A stretch of 64,000 bases of DNA from Alphaproteobacteria bacterium (GTDB lineage: Bacteria; Pseudomonadota; Alphaproteobacteria; Micavibrionales; Micavibrionaceae), in assembly GCA_023301585.1 (NCBI GenBank), contig JAMASZ010000056.1, forward strand, positions 729-64,728, written 5' to 3'. Below the pieces are notes generated by a model that worked only from the letters and a program-made list of their open reading frames with translations, had not been told where the DNA came from and did not search any database. The translations under genes were made by a program, and so were the position numbers. Shown here piece by piece: positions 8,468-16,438 of the stretch. Numbering within the stretch: the stretch's first letter is position 1; every line of letters starts with the position of its first letter.

Positions 8468-9130
8468 ATGTCTCGTAAAATTATGTGTGTGGACCACACA
8501 AGACATCGAAAACCTCATACGCGAAAGATGCCGGAGTTGTTTTTCGATGTTGAGACAACGGGACTCCCCCCGAGAAAAGCAAGCCCGGCGACATTCCAAC
8601 AGTACGACTCGTGTCGCGTGGTGTCGATCGCGTGGGTGCTGAGGGACGAGAAAATGGTGTACTCGCAGAGGTATGCCGTGACCGACCCGGGCATTCCCGA
8701 CGAGACGATCGGCGCCGAGTTTGTGCACGGCATCTCGAGGCCCATCATGGACAAGTACGGGAGAAAAATCTCAGATGTCCTTGCCGACTTCGTGGCAGAT
8801 ATGAAGAACTCCGACAAGATTGTTGCGCACAACCTCGAGTTCGACAAGAGTGTGGTGTCGGCTGAGTTGTACAGAATGGGCCTTGCAAACGATGCCGCGG
8901 TTCTGATGGGCTTCAAGAACCTGTGCACGATGCGCAGCACGACGAATTTGGTCAAGATTCCCAACGCCTACGGGTCTTTCAAGTGGCCGAAGCTCGAAGA
9001 GCTGTACAAGTTTCTTTTCGGGCACGTCTTTGAGAACGCTCACCACGCCATGTGCGACGTCGACGCGCTGGTGGCGTGCTACTACAGGCTCGTCGAGAAG
9101 CACGGCTCAAACAAGAAGAACAAAAATTAA
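8468..9130 (+). CDS. DEDDh (DnaQ-like) 3'-5' exonuclease
   Basis: ExoI FFDVETTGLPP, ExoII IVAHNLEFDKSVV, ExoIII HHAMCDVDALVACYY. ATG 8468; alternative ATG 8528 lies just before ExoI. Confidence 0.85.
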   Translation: MSRKIMCVDHTRHRKPHTRKMPELFFDVETTGLPPRKASPATFQQYDSCRVVSIAWVLRDEKMVYSQRYAVTDPGIPDETIGAEFVHGISRPIMDKYGRKISDVLADFVADMKNSDKIVAHNLEFDKSVVSAELYRMGLANDAAVLMGFKNLCTMRSTTNLVKIPNAYGSFKWPKLEELYKFLFGHVFENAHHAMCDVDALVACYYRLVEKHGSNKKNKN

Positions 9131-9163
9131 TGTTTGCCATGTTTACCGCCATGTTTACAGCGA

Positions 9164-9724
9164 ATGGATGCGTACATACTCTGGCTGGAGCAGTTTCGCA
9201 AGTTCAAGCAAAAATGGGTTCACGCCGATGACAAGATCAACTGTTTTGTCGTCTCCGCCATACCCCCGGGACACCAATACACGACCAAAATGCATTGCGA
9301 GCTGGTCTCCGCCATCGGGTCGTGGTGTAGAACGAAGACGCGCATCAACCACAGGGAGAAATCGTTCATCGTCGAGGACGGTACGTCGCTCAAACCGACG
9401 GTCCTTTTCAGCTCCGAGAAATCAAGAAAAAACTACCCGGTCGACCTGGATTTCGATCACGACTTCGCGGCGGCCGTGGCCAAGATGAAAACGAGCTCTC
9501 GGCACATGGACGTTCTGGATTGCTTTGGTGTGATTTCCTACAAGCTGCACGATTTCAAGAGGGTGAACATCCTCAGAGTTGTCAGAGCGATGGAGAGCGT
9601 CGGCTTCGGTGTTCTGCACAACGGTGGTTTGATTTGCTCCGACTCAGAATCCGTCGGAGAAGCATCCGACAGATTTTTATCGAAGCTGCCGCACCGAGAC
9701 GATCCGGTGTGGTTGCTTGTGTGA
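9164..9724 (+). CDS. Hypothetical protein
   Basis: Track ORF 9134 opens on TTG; first ATG 9164 (MDAYILWLEQFRKF..), 186 aa. No family recognised. Confidence 0.45.
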   Translation: MDAYILWLEQFRKFKQKWVHADDKINCFVVSAIPPGHQYTTKMHCELVSAIGSWCRTKTRINHREKSFIVEDGTSLKPTVLFSSEKSRKNYPVDLDFDHDFAAAVAKMKTSSRHMDVLDCFGVISYKLHDFKRVNILRVVRAMESVGFGVLHNGGLICSDSESVGEASDRFLSKLPHRDDPVWLLV

Positions 9725-9814
9725 TCTTGCGCTTCAACAAACGACTCGAAATTAAAAAAATAATGTTTTCCCATTGGTATACGCGCACGAGCCTTGTGCT
9801 CTCATTTACCGGTG

Positions 9815-10291
9815 ATGAGTGGAACTGTGACAATCGGAAAAGTTCGTCTTGTCGATGAATACATTTCCGACCAGATCGATGGTATTGGGCAGGAACAACT
9901 TGCTGGTTCTGGACGCATGACCGCGGTCGAGCAGACCGTGGCTCTGTCGACTCGTGTGACAACGGCCGAAAGCGACATCGCCGCCCTGGAAGCTAAAGAC
10001 GTAACACTCGCCTCCGCCGCGACGGCTCTGTCGAACCGAGTCACCACCGCCGAGCGGGACATTTCTGCTCTGGAAGCTAAGGATGTCGCACTTGCAGCCG
10101 CGACGTCCTCGGTATCCAGCAGTCTGGCGAGCGCTTTGGCAAGAATCACAGTGATCGAGACTCATTTCGCCGACACGCGGAAAACGTTCAACCTCTATAA
10201 CCACCGTGCGGGCAAATACTTAGATGACGGGGGTAATTTGACCGCCACTAAGGAAAGTACAAATGCACACTACAGCATCACACACGACTAG
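9815..10291 (+). CDS. Fibre-like coiled-coil protein with internal 28-aa duplication
   Basis: First ATG 9815 (MSGTVTIGK). Duplicated ALS(T/N)RVTTAE(S/R)DI(A/S)ALEAKDV(T/A)LA. The two DNA copies differ mostly at synonymous sites, which supports coding in this frame. Confidence 0.5.
   Translation: MSGTVTIGKVRLVDEYISDQIDGIGQEQLAGSGRMTAVEQTVALSTRVTTAESDIAALEAKDVTLASAATALSNRVTTAERDISALEAKDVALAAATSSVSSSLASALARITVIETHFADTRKTFNLYNHRAGKYLDDGGNLTATKESTNAHYSITHD
9941..10108 (+). repeat. 2 x 84-bp diverged tandem duplication (coding)
   Basis: gctctgtcgactcgtgtgaca.. at 9941 versus gctctgtcgaaccgagtcacc.. at 10025. Confidence 0.75.
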
Positions 10292-10341
10292 GCGCGTTTC
10301 GTAAGCGCATGTAGTTTTATTGCGATTTAGTTAAATACAAG

Positions 10342-10785
10342 ATGTCCATCTCGTGCCCCACCCTCGTCACCTCCAGAGTCACGAGCGCAGCCTCGAGCAT
10401 ACAGATCGGTGCCTTCACGTGGCCGTCCGCGGCGCCCGTGGCCGGCTCCGTGCTGAAGACCGACGGTCTCGGTAATTTATCATTTGAGGTTCCGAACGTG
10501 CGCTCGGCTGTGGACCCCGTGTCTTCCACATACACAATTTTGGCGACCGATGACATCGTGGCCGTGACGGGGACACTCGACACCACACTGACGCTTCCCG
10601 ACCCGTCGTCGAAAGTTACTGGAGACATGATTAGTGTGGTGAAAGAAGTGGGCGGTGCGAGCACGGTGACTGTCGTCCCTTTCGGCTCGGAGCTCGTGTC
10701 CGGTGGCTCATCGGTGGTGCTGTCGCAACCATACGGGTCGTTGAAAGTATACACCAATGGAACAAATTGGTTTGTGCTGTACTGA
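10342..10785 (+). CDS. Hypothetical beta-rich protein (paralog of 10788-11246)
   Basis: ATG 10342. YTILATDDIVAVTG..LTLPDPSSKVTGDMISVVKEVGGASTVTVVP..VVLSQPYGSLKVYTNGTNWFVLY. Shares the LP..(I/E)ISVV.E.GG..V....G..V.LS.PY..L pattern with the convergent neighbour. Confidence 0.5.
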   Translation: MSISCPTLVTSRVTSAASSIQIGAFTWPSAAPVAGSVLKTDGLGNLSFEVPNVRSAVDPVSSTYTILATDDIVAVTGTLDTTLTLPDPSSKVTGDMISVVKEVGGASTVTVVPFGSELVSGGSSVVLSQPYGSLKVYTNGTNWFVLY

Positions 10786-10787
10786 GC

Positions 10788-11246
10788 TTAGAGTGTGAGA
10801 AGAGACTCCCTGGCCTCGGAAATCAAAGCAGCAGATGTCGACGTTGCTTTGATGCTCAGATGGGAGTAAGGTGTTGACAGGACGAGATCACCCAGTGCCC
10901 CGGGCGATGTTGCTGTGATGGTGTTCACCGCACTACAAAACCCGCCCTCGTCGACCACCGAGATCTCGTTTTTCGTACAAGATATGGGTAGATCGAGAAC
11001 CACTGGACCATCAAAGTTTATACCCACAATCGTTGTCCCCGCATTGACGGTCGCGGAGGATGACGCCACCATCTGATACTTGGACTTTGTCACGAATGGT
11101 TCCGACTGCGCGACCCCAAACGAGGCCACGGACCTGGGCGCCGCATCCGACACGGGGAAAACGGCGGAACCGATTGTGATGAATCCGGAGCTGGGTTCGC
11201 TCTTGATCTCATCGGTCCGAATTTCGTCGGTGGAAACAGTTCCCAT
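10788..11246 (-). CDS. Hypothetical beta-rich protein (paralog of 10342-10785)
   Basis: ATG 11246. ..VVLDLPISCTKNEISVVDEGGFCSAVNTITATSPGALGDLVLSTPYSHLSIK. Convergent with its paralog, the stops being 2 nt apart. Confidence 0.5.
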   Translation of the reverse strand: MGTVSTDEIRTDEIKSEPSSGFITIGSAVFPVSDAAPRSVASFGVAQSEPFVTKSKYQMVASSSATVNAGTTIVGINFDGPVVLDLPISCTKNEISVVDEGGFCSAVNTITATSPGALGDLVLSTPYSHLSIKATSTSAALISEARESLLTL

Positions 11247-11404
11247 TTATAAAAAAAATTGACGCCTGTGGTCAGATCCAACTGCGTACCGGTGATTGAA
11301 TTTTCGTGACATATTTAAAACGGTGGCGGTGGCGCACACCGGCATTACTTATCGCTAAACAAAAAACTGCAGCGAGCTCAAAAATATCTTACAAACGCTC
11401 AAAC

Positions 11405-12835
11405 ATGGCCGCCTTCTCGTCGCTAAACCACTTCGGCGACAATTTCGGAAATCGAGATGTCGTGAAACACGTATCTTTTTTCCTCAATCTGCGCGACAAG
11501 ATCGCCATGGCCGCGTCAACCAAGGGTGTCAGCCAAGCCCTGCGACAGTTCCTGCCGACGTCTTCCTCGTATATCACGACGGTCAAGCCGAACTTGCTGT
11601 CGGCGTTCTCTGTCGTCTCGCAAACCGGCGTGTACTCTGCGCCGATCGAAACGTTCAAACTCAACAAGTACGGCTGGTTCGGAAACTTTTACGAGAGCAT
11701 GATCACGCACGTCGGCGCCAACGAGGACAGGGACTACTACTCCGCCTGGTACGAGCACCACCTCCTTCTCGCTCCTCGGTCGACTCGCAGCCAGAGAGGC
11801 GCCATCGACCTCTTCATCTCGGATTTGCCCGGGAAGGACGAAGAGTTCCTGACCGAGAGACTTCGGCAGTCGGTCGACACGACGCTGTGTGACCACCACT
11901 GTCTGTCGTACACTCAAGAAATTGTGGACGCGATCGTGAGCAACACTTCGATCGTGAACGTGCTGGCGTACAGCCAGATAAGCTCCTGTCGATGCGCGCT
12001 CTTCAGGTCTCTGGCGGCAAGGTCGACGAACATCACTTCTCTCAACGTGTGCGGAGGGATCTGTCACGACACAACCCTCGTCATCGGAGACGAGTGTGTG
12101 CAAGCCTTGACTCATTTTTCATTCACGACGGGAGAGTCCGACCGCTTCATCGATGGCGGGAGCGTCGACTACATCTGCGAGTCGATAGCGGACGCAGGCA
12201 TACTCAAAGTCTTGGAAGTCGGGAACGTACACGGAGACTACGACGAGTGGGCCAATGGCTTGATCTGTGTCATGGAGAGCTGTCTCCTTCGATCGGTGAC
12301 CATCGACGACACAGATTTCATGCCGCACTGTCTGCCGGGAATGGTGCGCGTCCTTCCGTTGCTGACGGCAACGACCGTCAAGATCACATCCTGCGGCTTC
12401 GGTGACTGGGGAAAACCCGTGTTCGACGCCCTGTTTTCGAATTATGCATTGACCACGCTCGACATGTCCTTCACCAATATGGGCGATGGAAGCATCGGTC
12501 CATTGGTGAAAATGATCAAGCGCGGAACGCTCGTCAAGCTGGCCATAGGGGCGTGTGGAATATCTGCAAAGGGTATCGAGAGCGTGCTCAGGGCCACGGC
12601 GCACGACTCGAGCAACCTGAAATATTTAAGCGTCTTCGACAATCATTTGAGCAGAAGGTGTTTCCAATCGGATAAAACGTCGCTCGTAGGGCTGCACGTC
12701 GGTGTCGTGTGCGACGAAGCAATCTTGGACAATATTTTGAAATTTGGCGTCGACAACAACTTGGAAGTGGACATGCGCGACTCCGACGAGTATTTGAACG
12801 AGGGTGGGGGCTGGTGGCCATGTGGGGAGGACTAG
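11405..12835 (+). CDS. Leucine-rich-repeat (RNI-like) protein with possible F-box-like N-terminus
   Basis: Track start is not ATG; first ATG 11405 (MAAFSSLNHFGD..). C-terminal half has RNI-type LRRs (LTTLDMSFTNMGDGSIGPLVKMIKRGTLVKLAIGACGISAKGIESVLRA..LKYLSVFDNHLS). Confidence 0.6.
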   Translation: MAAFSSLNHFGDNFGNRDVVKHVSFFLNLRDKIAMAASTKGVSQALRQFLPTSSSYITTVKPNLLSAFSVVSQTGVYSAPIETFKLNKYGWFGNFYESMITHVGANEDRDYYSAWYEHHLLLAPRSTRSQRGAIDLFISDLPGKDEEFLTERLRQSVDTTLCDHHCLSYTQEIVDAIVSNTSIVNVLAYSQISSCRCALFRSLAARSTNITSLNVCGGICHDTTLVIGDECVQALTHFSFTTGESDRFIDGGSVDYICESIADAGILKVLEVGNVHGDYDEWANGLICVMESCLLRSVTIDDTDFMPHCLPGMVRVLPLLTATTVKITSCGFGDWGKPVFDALFSNYALTTLDMSFTNMGDGSIGPLVKMIKRGTLVKLAIGACGISAKGIESVLRATAHDSSNLKYLSVFDNHLSRRCFQSDKTSLVGLHVGVVCDEAILDNILKFGVDNNLEVDMRDSDEYLNEGGGWWPCGED

Positions 12836-12878
12836 AGCCAAATGAGAATGTTAACAATCTATATCTACACATCGCCGC

Positions 12879-14447
12879 TCAAGCCTTGTCGGCGTACGCC
12901 CATTTGAACCCAAACCTCTCGAGATCTCCACTGATTGCGGTCCTTAGTTTAACCCGACCAATCTTGAAATGGCGTGCGACTTCATCCATTGTACTGTACG
13001 TCCGCAAGACCTCCTTGGTCACAGGATCAAGTCTATTGATGGGCTTACTAGTTGCATTTGGAGCAAGCGTTGGAAGCGTGTTGCTTGCAAGCCATTTGTT
13101 TTGCACACTCTCCGACAATTCGCTCCACGATACCATGTGATACCCGCCGACCTTGGTCCCCCTTAAAGACCGTTTCTGAACGGCGCCCCCAGACTTAAAA
13201 TGGTGCGTGAGTGCACATGCTTTGAAAGATGTGTAAACATGATCAATATGGGTCTTGTCGTCGTTCAGAGCAGCGACATGACCTGTACGAATGCGAGTTT
13301 CAGAAACCGTGTCGCCTATGTCCTGAACGGTGTCGTCGGGTAGTGACCGACTCAGACGAGCCCAGCGATGGCCAAATCTGACAACTTTTTCCTCGCACGC
13401 TCGAAGAATTCCATTGTCAGAAGCGCCTTCTACGTCTCTAACCGCATCACGACGAGTGTTGTACGTGAACACAAGTTCCTTCCCATCTTCTGAGTACGCC
13501 TGGAACTTGTCGCCTGTTAGAGTACACCTTCCTCTCTTGCTCTCAGGTCGTACGTCCATGTTGTCAATATCATCGTTGACAGCTATTCCGTTTTTTTCCA
13601 GCAAGGCCCTGTAGCTTGGCTGCTCCAGAAGTGCTTCTCCGAATCCTTTTTGGTCAAATCGGAACCCGGACACACCACGCACGGCAATGTTAGCCGCACG
13701 CTTGACTTCTTCTCCGGTCATGCAAAACACCTCCATCGACCTCTTTCCGTTGATCGGTTCCTTGAAGAGGTATCGTCTGATGTCGACATGATTGTGCAGA
13801 AATTTCTCGAAATTCTCGTACTTGTCGCATTCGAAGACCTTGAAGATCGACATGCTCCCGAACTCCTTCACCAAGCCTGTCGTACGTGAGCGAATATTCT
13901 TCGTCGATCCGATTTTGACCAGAATGCTGTCGTCGTCCATGGTCATGATCTTGCCAAAGTAGACGCATGTCCTGTTCTCAAAACCTTCGATGAGAGTCTT
14001 GTGAATCCGTTCATCCTCAGAGTCCATGTACTTTCGGAGGAGAGCCTTCGCATCGGCATCGGCGTCCACTAGTGCTTCAGCGTGCTTACGTTTGAGCCCG
14101 GCAACCTCCTCCTCCAAAGCATACCTTCCTGTTTTTCGTATTGTCTTGAGAACGTGGAAGACCCAGTCCTGGAATGGCTTCGCGATGGGCTTTCTTGATC
14201 GCATGATGAGCTTGAACACCCCCTGTTCGGTGAGGAAAGTTGCCTCTTGATCGCCACCACGGGGGGTGTAAGCAGTACTTACGACTCTTTCGTGTTCGTC
14301 GAAATCTGCAATCGAAGGGCGTACATTTTTAATTGACAGCACTTTTCCGATGTCAGAAGCTTTAATCAGGGGGTCGCCATCGCCATCGCGTTGAATACAG
14401 ACCTCGTGAGACATTTGGTCGAAGACGAAGGTCTTCAGGATATCCAT
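12879..14447 (-). CDS. BRO-N / T5orf172 (MUG113-like) domain protein with C-terminal nuclease-associated DNA-binding repeats
   Basis: ATG 14447. BRO-N-like N-terminus (IKASDIGKVLSIKN..FLTEQGVFKLIMRSRKPIAKPFQDWV). T5orf172-like core (VYFGKI..VKIGSTKNIRSRTTGLVKEFG). Three C-terminal modules end in G(H/Y/F)(R/H/K)W (FGHRWARL, GGYHMVSW, FGFKWAYA). Confidence 0.8.
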   Translation of the reverse strand: MDILKTFVFDQMSHEVCIQRDGDGDPLIKASDIGKVLSIKNVRPSIADFDEHERVVSTAYTPRGGDQEATFLTEQGVFKLIMRSRKPIAKPFQDWVFHVLKTIRKTGRYALEEEVAGLKRKHAEALVDADADAKALLRKYMDSEDERIHKTLIEGFENRTCVYFGKIMTMDDDSILVKIGSTKNIRSRTTGLVKEFGSMSIFKVFECDKYENFEKFLHNHVDIRRYLFKEPINGKRSMEVFCMTGEEVKRAANIAVRGVSGFRFDQKGFGEALLEQPSYRALLEKNGIAVNDDIDNMDVRPESKRGRCTLTGDKFQAYSEDGKELVFTYNTRRDAVRDVEGASDNGILRACEEKVVRFGHRWARLSRSLPDDTVQDIGDTVSETRIRTGHVAALNDDKTHIDHVYTSFKACALTHHFKSGGAVQKRSLRGTKVGGYHMVSWSELSESVQNKWLASNTLPTLAPNATSKPINRLDPVTKEVLRTYSTMDEVARHFKIGRVKLRTAISGDLERFGFKWAYADKA

Positions 14448-14786
14448 GTTAGCTATTGATCTGTGAAAATATTAAAAAATCCCTGATTCAAACGCGATGT
14501 CTGATCGAAGAGAGAAGAGTGATTGAAATTGTTTGAATATATTTTTATTATTTCGTGATATTTGACCCCAAAGAGATCACATCACTTTCATTTTTGAAAA
14601 CAGCTTTCGCCGAAAAAAGGCGCAAACATTTGTCGAAAATGTTCAAAATGCGCAAAGTTGAGTTTACCCCCTGTAAGAGGCCTAATTGGAGTACCTGACT
14701 CCCCCCATCCCATCCTTGATACATTTTACAGTAAACTTTGGCAAACTTAAGGAGGCGAGCTCCAAAAACCGCCAAAAATGTTTACC

Positions 14787-15180
14787 CCCCATGCTTCCCG
14801 AGTTTCAATTTTCAATCCACTCGATCACATGAGGCATGTGCTCGACACAGGAGTAACCCTGGCTTACACAATACGGACTGTACATCAGGCCCCGTGGAAT
14901 GTTGTTTACAACAAACTTTAGGGACCCACTTTTGACCCAGTCTCTAGCGAAGAATACACATTCGTTTCCAAATGGTTCTCCGACGGTCTGGACCTACTCT
15001 GCCGTGGTAGCAGAGCACATCTTTGACCGTTTTCAAAAGCATTGCCTCTTTTAATGCTGTGGACTGTCGTCCACCTAGCACTACCCTCCGACTGAACGAA
15101 GTAAAAGTAGCGGACTAGATCCAGGTGGCTTGGTTGTTTCCAAGCCTTGTTTACAAAATGGGGCCTTGCGACACCACCTG
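14787..15180 (+). repeat. Copy U1 of a roughly 400-bp diverged dispersed/direct repeat
   Basis: Nine colinear conserved blocks are shared with 15634-16054. Examples: ccccatgcttcccgagtttcaattttcaatccactcgatcaca, cttttgacccagtctctagcga, atggttctccgacggtct, ctttgaccgttttcaa, ggactgtcgtcc, cggactag, gccttgcgac. Confidence 0.8.
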
Positions 15181-15597
15181 GACCTTTTTGGCAATCATGG
15201 ACTGGCCCAACACAATTGTTAGCGCCTGAAACATGTAGTTTACCAGTAGGTTGTAGGCTTCGTTGAAGACGATAACATCCGAGGTGGGGATGTTAGCGCC
15301 GTACTTGAGCTCGAGCTGCACGTGGTCGATGCGGCTCATGTTGAGAGTGGAAGTAGGGTTCCACACACCGCCCAGCGCGGCGAAGGTGAACAGGTAGGTG
15401 TAGCCGGCCGGAGTGTTGGGCCACTTGAGCGCGGGCTGCACCTGGCGGAAGAACAGGCCCGGGAGCGAATCCGGGAATCTGCTGTGTCCGTTCAGCGTTA
15501 GACTGGCCGCGGACACGGAATCTGTAACATCACCCCACATTCCTGCGGAGGCGTCGTCGACCTTGAACGGCGGCAATCTGTATAACTCCCCCTCCAC
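15151..15597 (-). pseudogene. Orphan C-terminal fragment of an NCLDV double-jelly-roll major capsid protein
   Basis: ASLTLNGHSRFPDSLPGLFFRQVQPALKWPNTPAGYTYLFTFAALGGVWNPTSTLNMSRIDHVQLEL..VIVFNEAYNLL fits the second MCP jelly-roll. The ORF opens on GTG after a stop and the N-terminal roughly 300 aa are missing. The MCP-like part is about 15244-15597; the tail runs into repeat U1. Confidence 0.7.
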
Positions 15598-15633
15598 GAT
15601 AAGAATCGACCTCTCTCAAAAAAGAGGAACGAC

Positions 15634-16054
15634 CCCCATGTGCTTCCCGAGCTTCAATTTTCAATCGACTCGATCACACACGGCCCACCCTCGTACTCGG
15701 AGTTACCCGAACTTGAGTGGGACTAGACTGTACATTAAGCCGCATAAGTTTCGAAAAACCCTTAGCGACCGACACTTGACCCAGTCGTTAGCGACAGAAT
15801 TCACCTCTTTCGAGATGGTTCCACCGACGGTCTCTGCACAAGGCTCCCGACGAGCCTCATACCTTTGACCGTTTTCAAGAGTCTCGCCCCGAGGTCGCAA
15901 AACCTCTCACCCGGACTGTCGTCCCGGTTATGTGCATCCAAGTCAAAAGACCCTGCGAATGACACACGGACTAGGTGGTTACAGTGTCACCGTTGGTTCG
16001 ATGAAGGGTGGCTCAACAAAATCCCCAAAAGCCTTGCGACCTTTCACCCACCTG
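15634..16054 (+). repeat. Copy U2 of the roughly 400-bp repeat
   Basis: Same nine blocks in the same order as U1 (ccccatgtgcttcccgagcttcaattttcaatcgactcgatcaca .. cacttgacccagtcgttagcga .. atggttccaccgacggtct .. ctttgaccgttttcaa .. ggactgtcgtcc .. cggactag .. gccttgcgac). Confidence 0.8.
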
Positions 16055-16194
16055 TTGACGGTTTGAGGTTAGCCGGCATGATTGATGTTTATAGTTGAGT
16101 TAAGTCTTGTCAACAAAATAATTTCAGAGACGGTCCAAATGTGTGTCTCAGTTTCGAGAAAAAATGTTGATGGAAACGTGAACAACAATAAATA

Positions 16195-16208
16195 CCGTAA
16201 ACATTGGC
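16195..16208 (+). promoter_or_regulatory. Orphan copy of the CCGTAAACATTGGC motif
   Basis: Identical core to the 16391 copy, 196 bp upstream of it. No ATG-initiated ORF follows. Confidence 0.35.
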
Positions 16209-16390
16209 CCGTTACGTCCCTCGTCCGTCTCCGCCGAAACTGCCGACTCCGCCGGCGGCTGTCGTACGGCGTGACGCAGGAGCGGTCGCCGCGCTCGCGG
16301 CGGCGTATTTTAGTTCAGTACTCGGGGTTCCGTGATATCCGCTGGTGCTGTGCCGGGTCTATATTGATGTTACGGGCCTCCAGATTTTTA

Positions 16391-16406
16391 CCGTAAACAT
16401 TGGCAA
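16391..16406 (+). promoter_or_regulatory. CCGTAAACATTGGCAA motif, candidate promoter element of the zinc-finger gene
   Basis: Lies 48 nt upstream of ATG 16439. A near-identical motif sits 51 nt upstream of ATG 18135. Confidence 0.4.
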
Positions 16407-16438
16407 GTTGTTTTGATTCACATCGTCATTCCAACACA

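Noticed and set aside
15985-16012. GGTTCGA string suggesting a tRNA T-arm inside repeat U2
   Set aside because: The flanking bases do not form a T-stem, and no acceptor or anticodon arms could be drawn. The equivalent position in U1 lacks the string.
14548-16060. Idea that the MCP gene is split by two self-splicing (group-I-like) introns corresponding to repeats U1 and U2, with a downstream exon containing ..NSTLRILNIF.. at 14548-14775
   Set aside because: No N-terminal MCP coding sequence exists beyond U2; I hand-translated 16060-16438 on the minus strand. The LRI match lies inside an imperfect palindrome (GCGCA-AACATTT-gtcga-AAATGTT-..-TGCGC, 14620-14653) rather than in capsid-like sequence. 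UAGUCC/GACUA-like strings are present, but the R/S-like elements are in the wrong order for a group I core on the capsid strand. Rfam/Infernal and RNA-seq would settle it.
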